A stretch of 64,000 bases of DNA from NCBI GenBank assembly GCA_003332035.1, contig QOQI01000002.1, positions 31,949 to 95,948 on the forward strand, written 5' to 3'. Positions 59,598 through 64,000 of this stretch are shown piece by piece. Under the pieces are notes generated by a model. The model was given only the letters and a program-made list of their open reading frames with translations. It had not been told where the DNA came from and did not search any database. This stretch comes from Paracoccaceae bacterium (GTDB lineage Bacteria; Pseudomonadota; Alphaproteobacteria; Rhodobacterales; Rhodobacteraceae). Position 1 is the first letter of the stretch; each line of letters begins with the position of its first letter. The translations under genes were made by a program, and so were the position numbers.

Positions 59598-60751
59598 TGA
59601 AAATATCGGCTGACTGGCTTATCAAACCATCAACTCAGTTAGTTATGCAAATACTGCTTTCCGGAGGGTATGAAGCATTCTTTGTTGGCGGCTGCGTTAG
59701 AAATACTCTTTTTGACTTTCAAGCTACAGATATTGATATTTCTACAAGTGCCACTCCTAAAAGAGTTATGGAACTGATGAGCCAGGCGGGGCTAAAGACT
59801 ATACCTACAGGTATTGATTATGGAACGGTCACGGTAGTAGCAGACAAACAAAACTATGAAATAACGACTTTTCGAAAAGATATTGAAACCGATGGACGAA
59901 GAGCAAAAGTAAAGTTTTCAGGATCTGTTTTAGAAGATGCCAAAAGACGTGATTTCAGCATTAACGCTATATATTCTGAGCAGGATGGAACAATTTTGGA
60001 CCCATTGAATGGGATCGCTGATATAGCCAACAAACGCGTCAAATTTATAGGAGATCCACATGCAAGAATAAAAGAAGATTATTTGCGCATATTAAGGTTT
60101 TTTCGATTTCTGGCATTATTTGGAAGAGAGAATGAAACCCATGAGATCGAAATTGCCGCAATAAATGATTTAAGAGATGGATTAGATACAATATCAGCTG
60201 AAAGAAAAAGCGATGAAATTTTAAAGTTATTTGCAGCGCCTAACCCGCAATATTCAATTTTTCTTATGGAAACGGCAGACATTAGTTCAAAAATTTTTGA
60301 TGCTTATGATTATAAAAGTCTTAATAATCTAAAAGAGCTCGAGGACAGACTTCAAGTTAGCCCTTGTACAACCAGACGTTTGGCTGCGTACACAAAAGAT
60401 AACTTAAAATCACAGTTAAGATTTTCGAATAAACTAGCAAAAGCTCATAAAGTTTTAAGAGAAGAAGCAATAAGCAAAAAAGACGCTGCTGAGCTGTCTT
60501 ATCGGTATAACGAGAAAATAGCTTTGGATAGTATACTGGTGAGGTCGAGCTTACACAGTACAGAACCTAGTAAGAATGTTTACCATAGAATAAAACTGGG
60601 GTCTGTTGCTAAATTCCCAGTTAAATCTGTTGACTTAGCAGAATATTTTTCGGGTCCAAAATTAGGCAAAATGCTTGCATATTTGGAACAAAAATGGATT
60701 GAGTCTGATTTTAGACTAAGTAAAGAGGTCTTATTATCTACAATAAAATAG
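59597..60751 (+). CDS. CCA tRNA nucleotidyltransferase / poly(A) polymerase family
   Basis: VGGCVR, DID, RRDF.INA and EDYLRILRFFRF motifs. Confidence 0.9.
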   Translation: MKISADWLIKPSTQLVMQILLSGGYEAFFVGGCVRNTLFDFQATDIDISTSATPKRVMELMSQAGLKTIPTGIDYGTVTVVADKQNYEITTFRKDIETDGRRAKVKFSGSVLEDAKRRDFSINAIYSEQDGTILDPLNGIADIANKRVKFIGDPHARIKEDYLRILRFFRFLALFGRENETHEIEIAAINDLRDGLDTISAERKSDEILKLFAAPNPQYSIFLMETADISSKIFDAYDYKSLNNLKELEDRLQVSPCTTRRLAAYTKDNLKSQLRFSNKLAKAHKVLREEAISKKDAAELSYRYNEKIALDSILVRSSLHSTEPSKNVYHRIKLGSVAKFPVKSVDLAEYFSGPKLGKMLAYLEQKWIESDFRLSKEVLLSTIK

Positions 60752-60798
60752 TCAAAAAATAATTCGTCACCTTGAAAACGAAAGATATAAAAAATACA

Positions 60799-62628
60799 AT
60801 GTTCCGTTTTTTCGAAAATTTAGTAGATCCATTTTCCAACTACCAAGAATTAGATAATCCACCGAATACCGTTCGCTCATTTTTAATAAGTTATACTAAA
60901 CCCTTTCTAGGTATTTTTATTATAACTGGCTTGGTAGCCACATTGGCTGCTGCTAGTGAAATTTACCTGATATATTTATTGGGATGGATTATTGACATCG
61001 TAAGTGGCGATCCAGAAGACGTTTTCACAAAGTTCTCAAATAATTTTATTTGGGCTGTTGTTTTTATACTCATACTTCGACCACTTATTTTTGCCTTGGA
61101 TGTCCTACTAATTAACAACACCCTAATGGTTAATGTCGCCACACTCTTTCGGTGGCGAGGGCATAAACATGTTTTGCGACAATCAATTGGCTGGTTCGAG
61201 AATGATTTTGCGGGAAGAATTGCCAACAGGGTAATGCAAACACCAAGATCTGCAGGAGAAGTCGTTTTTCAGGTATTTGATGCATTGGGCTATTCGCTCG
61301 CTTATATTTTTGGCGGATTGTTATTGTTAAGTAGCGTAGACTTTCGACTTATGCTTCCGATGGCAATCTGGTTTTTATTATACCTTGTTTTAATTGCATG
61401 GGTCATAAGAAATATCAGTCCAGCGTCCAAAGCATCTTCAGACGCACGATCAAGTCTAAATGGTCAAATCGTAGATACCTATACTAATATTCATTCAGTT
61501 AAATTGTTCGCTTATCAAAACCAAGAGTTAGGCAATGCAAAACTAGCAATTGAAAAAACCCGTCAAACTTTTGCCCGCGAGATGCGCCTATATACGATAA
61601 TGGATTTTGGCATGAATATTCTAAACGGTTTATTAACAACCAGTTTGATAGGCATGTCACTTTATCTCTGGTATATTGGGGAAGCTACTGCTGGGACCAT
61701 AGCAGCAGCAGCAGCCCTAGCAATTCGATTAAATGCTATGACAGGCTGGATAATGTGGGCCATATCTTCATTTTTTAGAGAACTTGGCGTCATAGAAGAA
61801 GGTATGGGTACTTTGGCTGATCCAATTACATTAAGGGATCAAGAAAGTGCAAAAAACCTAAAAATTACCAACGCTAGAATTGAAGTAAAAAGTTTAAGTC
61901 ATCACTACGGGCTTAAAAAGGGTGGTTTAAATAAGTTAAGTGTGACTTTTAGAGAAAATGAAAAAGTTGGATTAGTTGGAAGATCTGGCGCTGGAAAATC
62001 TACTTTGTTAAAATTAATTCTCCGTTTCTATGATGTGGAAGCTGGCGCGATCAGTATCGACAGCCAAGATATTTCAAAAATAACCCAAGATAGTCTACAT
62101 GAGAATATTGGCGTTGTTCAGCAAGATAGTAGTCTCCTGCATAGGTCCATTCGTGAAAACATTTGCTATGGAAAATCCGATGCAACTGAAAATCAAATCA
62201 TTGCAGCAGCAAAAAAGGCTCATGCCCATGATTTTATTTTAAATCTGCAGGATGAAAGCGGGCGAAAAGGATACGATGCCCACGTTGGAGAGCGTGGAAT
62301 TAAACTGTCAGGAGGCCAACGCCAGCGAATAACGTTAGCGCGAGTAATTTTAAAAAATGCTCCTATTCTATTGTTAGACGAGGCTACGAGTGCGTTAGAC
62401 AGCGAAATTGAAAACCAAATTCAAGATACTTTGAAAAATATGATGAATGGGAAGACAGTAATTGCAATCGCTCATAGATTGTCAACGATTGCCCAGATGG
62501 ACCGAATACTTGTGCTAGATAATGGCAAAATTGTAGAGGATGGAGATCATCAGTCCCTTTTATCAAAGGAAGGATTATACTCAGAACTTTGGCATCACCA
62601 ATCTGGTGGTTTTTTGAAATCGAAGTAA
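60799..62628 (+). CDS. ABC exporter, fused permease/ATPase
   Basis: 6 TM helices plus GRSGAGKS, LSGGQRQR and DEATSALD motifs. Confidence 0.92.
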   Translation: MFRFFENLVDPFSNYQELDNPPNTVRSFLISYTKPFLGIFIITGLVATLAAASEIYLIYLLGWIIDIVSGDPEDVFTKFSNNFIWAVVFILILRPLIFALDVLLINNTLMVNVATLFRWRGHKHVLRQSIGWFENDFAGRIANRVMQTPRSAGEVVFQVFDALGYSLAYIFGGLLLLSSVDFRLMLPMAIWFLLYLVLIAWVIRNISPASKASSDARSSLNGQIVDTYTNIHSVKLFAYQNQELGNAKLAIEKTRQTFAREMRLYTIMDFGMNILNGLLTTSLIGMSLYLWYIGEATAGTIAAAAALAIRLNAMTGWIMWAISSFFRELGVIEEGMGTLADPITLRDQESAKNLKITNARIEVKSLSHHYGLKKGGLNKLSVTFRENEKVGLVGRSGAGKSTLLKLILRFYDVEAGAISIDSQDISKITQDSLHENIGVVQQDSSLLHRSIRENICYGKSDATENQIIAAAKKAHAHDFILNLQDESGRKGYDAHVGERGIKLSGGQRQRITLARVILKNAPILLLDEATSALDSEIENQIQDTLKNMMNGKTVIAIAHRLSTIAQMDRILVLDNGKIVEDGDHQSLLSKEGLYSELWHHQSGGFLKSK

Positions 62629-62740
62629 CTTAATACATTAAGCCCAAGCGAGAAAGTTTAAGAAACTTTATCAAGAATTTTGTTGCCGAAAATTAAATAC
62701 TTAAGGTAATAAGGACACAAAAGAGCAGTCAAAGTATAAA

Positions 62741-63238
62741 ATGAAAACAAAATTAATCCTGATTACAGTCATCATTACCTTTTTAAGTGCCGTATCGTCT
62801 TGGGCAAATAATAATACAGAAATCGACCAGGTAATCACTTCTATTGTAGTCAAAAAATCAGACCGAAAAATGTATCTTTTTAATGGTGAAAAAGTACTAC
62901 GCAGGTATCGTATTGGGCTAGGGTTTTCGCCCAAAGGCGATAAAAAAATTGAAGGTGATGGCAAAACGCCAGAAGGTAAATATTACATAGATCGTAAGAA
63001 CCCCAACAGTCAGTATTATCTATCTTTAGGAATTTCTTACCCCAACGAAAACGATAGAAGAGAAGCGGCAAAATTAGGGAAATCACCTGGAGGTGATATC
63101 TTTATTCATGGCCGGGATAAGTCACCAAAATGGTGGAAGCGCGATTGGACGTTTGGCTGTATAGCGATACGAAATCACGAAATGGACGAAATTTATCGTG
63201 CCGTCAATATTGGCACACCAATTTTTATCCTGCCATAA
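62741..63238 (+). CDS. L,D-transpeptidase (YkuD) family protein
   Basis: K..EGDGKTPEG and IFIHG...WTFGCIA motifs; signal peptide. Confidence 0.88.
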   Translation: MKTKLILITVIITFLSAVSSWANNNTEIDQVITSIVVKKSDRKMYLFNGEKVLRRYRIGLGFSPKGDKKIEGDGKTPEGKYYIDRKNPNSQYYLSLGISYPNENDRREAAKLGKSPGGDIFIHGRDKSPKWWKRDWTFGCIAIRNHEMDEIYRAVNIGTPIFILP

Positions 63239-63248
63239 ATACTTAGGT

Positions 63249-63755
63249 TTACCCACCTATAACTAGTGTCCACCAAATTTTTCCACTGGGCTCTTGATAC
63301 CACGAGAAACCTAAATCAAGAGCATTTGGATCTAAAATTACAGCTCTAGTATTTTTATTCCCCATCCATGCAGAAAGAGTATCTAGTTCGTTCTCAAATG
63401 TTTCAGAAATTACCTCTCCCAGAAACTCTCCAGAATAGTTTAGACGTCGAGCTCTATCCAAAGGCGACGAGCCGTCTGAACCAAAGTGCCAAGGGCGGTT
63501 TTGAACAGACATATCGCGGGAATGTGTGGCTGCTGAAGCATTTAGCTGAGCGTTTAACTGCAGACTATTCAAAGACCGGCTAGAGCGTAAAACATTAACA
63601 GCATCAAGCATCCGAAATTGTATTTGGGCTGTTGATTGGGCTCTCATATCATAAATTTTGGGAACCGGTTTCCCATCTGGCGCCATTTGTATTTCTTGAG
63701 GGGCACAGCCTACTAATATAACTGAAATTAGAATCGAAATTATAATCTTTAACAT
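63249..63755 (-). CDS. CAP/SCP domain lipoprotein
   Basis: Lipobox LVGC; AATHSRDM, HFGSDGS and GE motifs. Confidence 0.85.
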   Translation of the reverse strand: MLKIIISILISVILVGCAPQEIQMAPDGKPVPKIYDMRAQSTAQIQFRMLDAVNVLRSSRSLNSLQLNAQLNASAATHSRDMSVQNRPWHFGSDGSSPLDRARRLNYSGEFLGEVISETFENELDTLSAWMGNKNTRAVILDPNALDLGFSWYQEPSGKIWWTLVIGG

Positions 63756-63862
63756 TACGTTCCACACCTATGCCTTTTGTGCCAGCAAAGCAGCTTAATA
63801 TTTCCAATTGAGCCTGCAACGTTCTTGCATTAAAATACACAGAACACAATTAAGGTTTTCCC

Positions 63863-64000
63863 ATGTTTAAAATTAACCGTCGTAATTTTTTGAGAGTTTC
63901 GGGGGCCTCCTTATGTACCCCAAGCCTGGCTCTATCAACTGTCAACCAAGACAATACAACTGAAATAGAAAAGGAAATCTCAGAAAATATAAGACATAAT
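63863..64000 (+). CDS. Tat-exported protein, probably an L,D-transpeptidase (3'-partial)
   Basis: MFKINRRNFLRVSGASL... twin-arginine signal; frame open to the window end. Product guessed from CAP-gene context. Not in the ORF track. Confidence 0.6.
   Translation, partial: MFKINRRNFLRVSGASLCTPSLALSTVNQDNTTEIEKEISENIRHN

Noticed and set aside
63649-63849. 66-aa minus-strand ORF
   Set aside because: It overlaps the CAP gene in another frame and the divergent promoter region, and has no motif.

Overview
A 64-kb, AT-rich, very densely coded core-chromosome segment from an alphaproteobacterium. Gene content points to a streamlined marine Rhodobacterales/roseobacter-type lineage (inference). It holds about 58 CDS. 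I saw no rRNA, tRNA, CRISPR, integrase or transposase. Housekeeping genes include dapA, hisS-hisZ-hisG, class II nrdJ, leuA, infA, smpB, rlmN, argG, ilvA, hslO and a CCA-adding enzyme. Four things stand out. (1) A stand-alone DnaE2 error-prone polymerase with a perfect alphaproteobacterial LexA box, no adjacent imuA/imuB, and no C-terminal OB-fold or tail. (2) An unannotated Leu-rich leader peptide plus a hairpin/pseudoknot before leuA. (3) A ~13-kb organosulfonate locus in which an isethionate-type module (IclR, GMC dehydrogenase, TRAP, TerC/DUF475) runs directly into DHPS genes (hpsNOP, suyAB, comC-like). (4) A GcvT-type dehydrogenase / homocysteine methyltransferase / GcvT-type dehydrogenase triad. 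Gene order also suggests a ~45-kb inversion separating dapA from smpB. All product calls come from motif recognition; no database searches were run.
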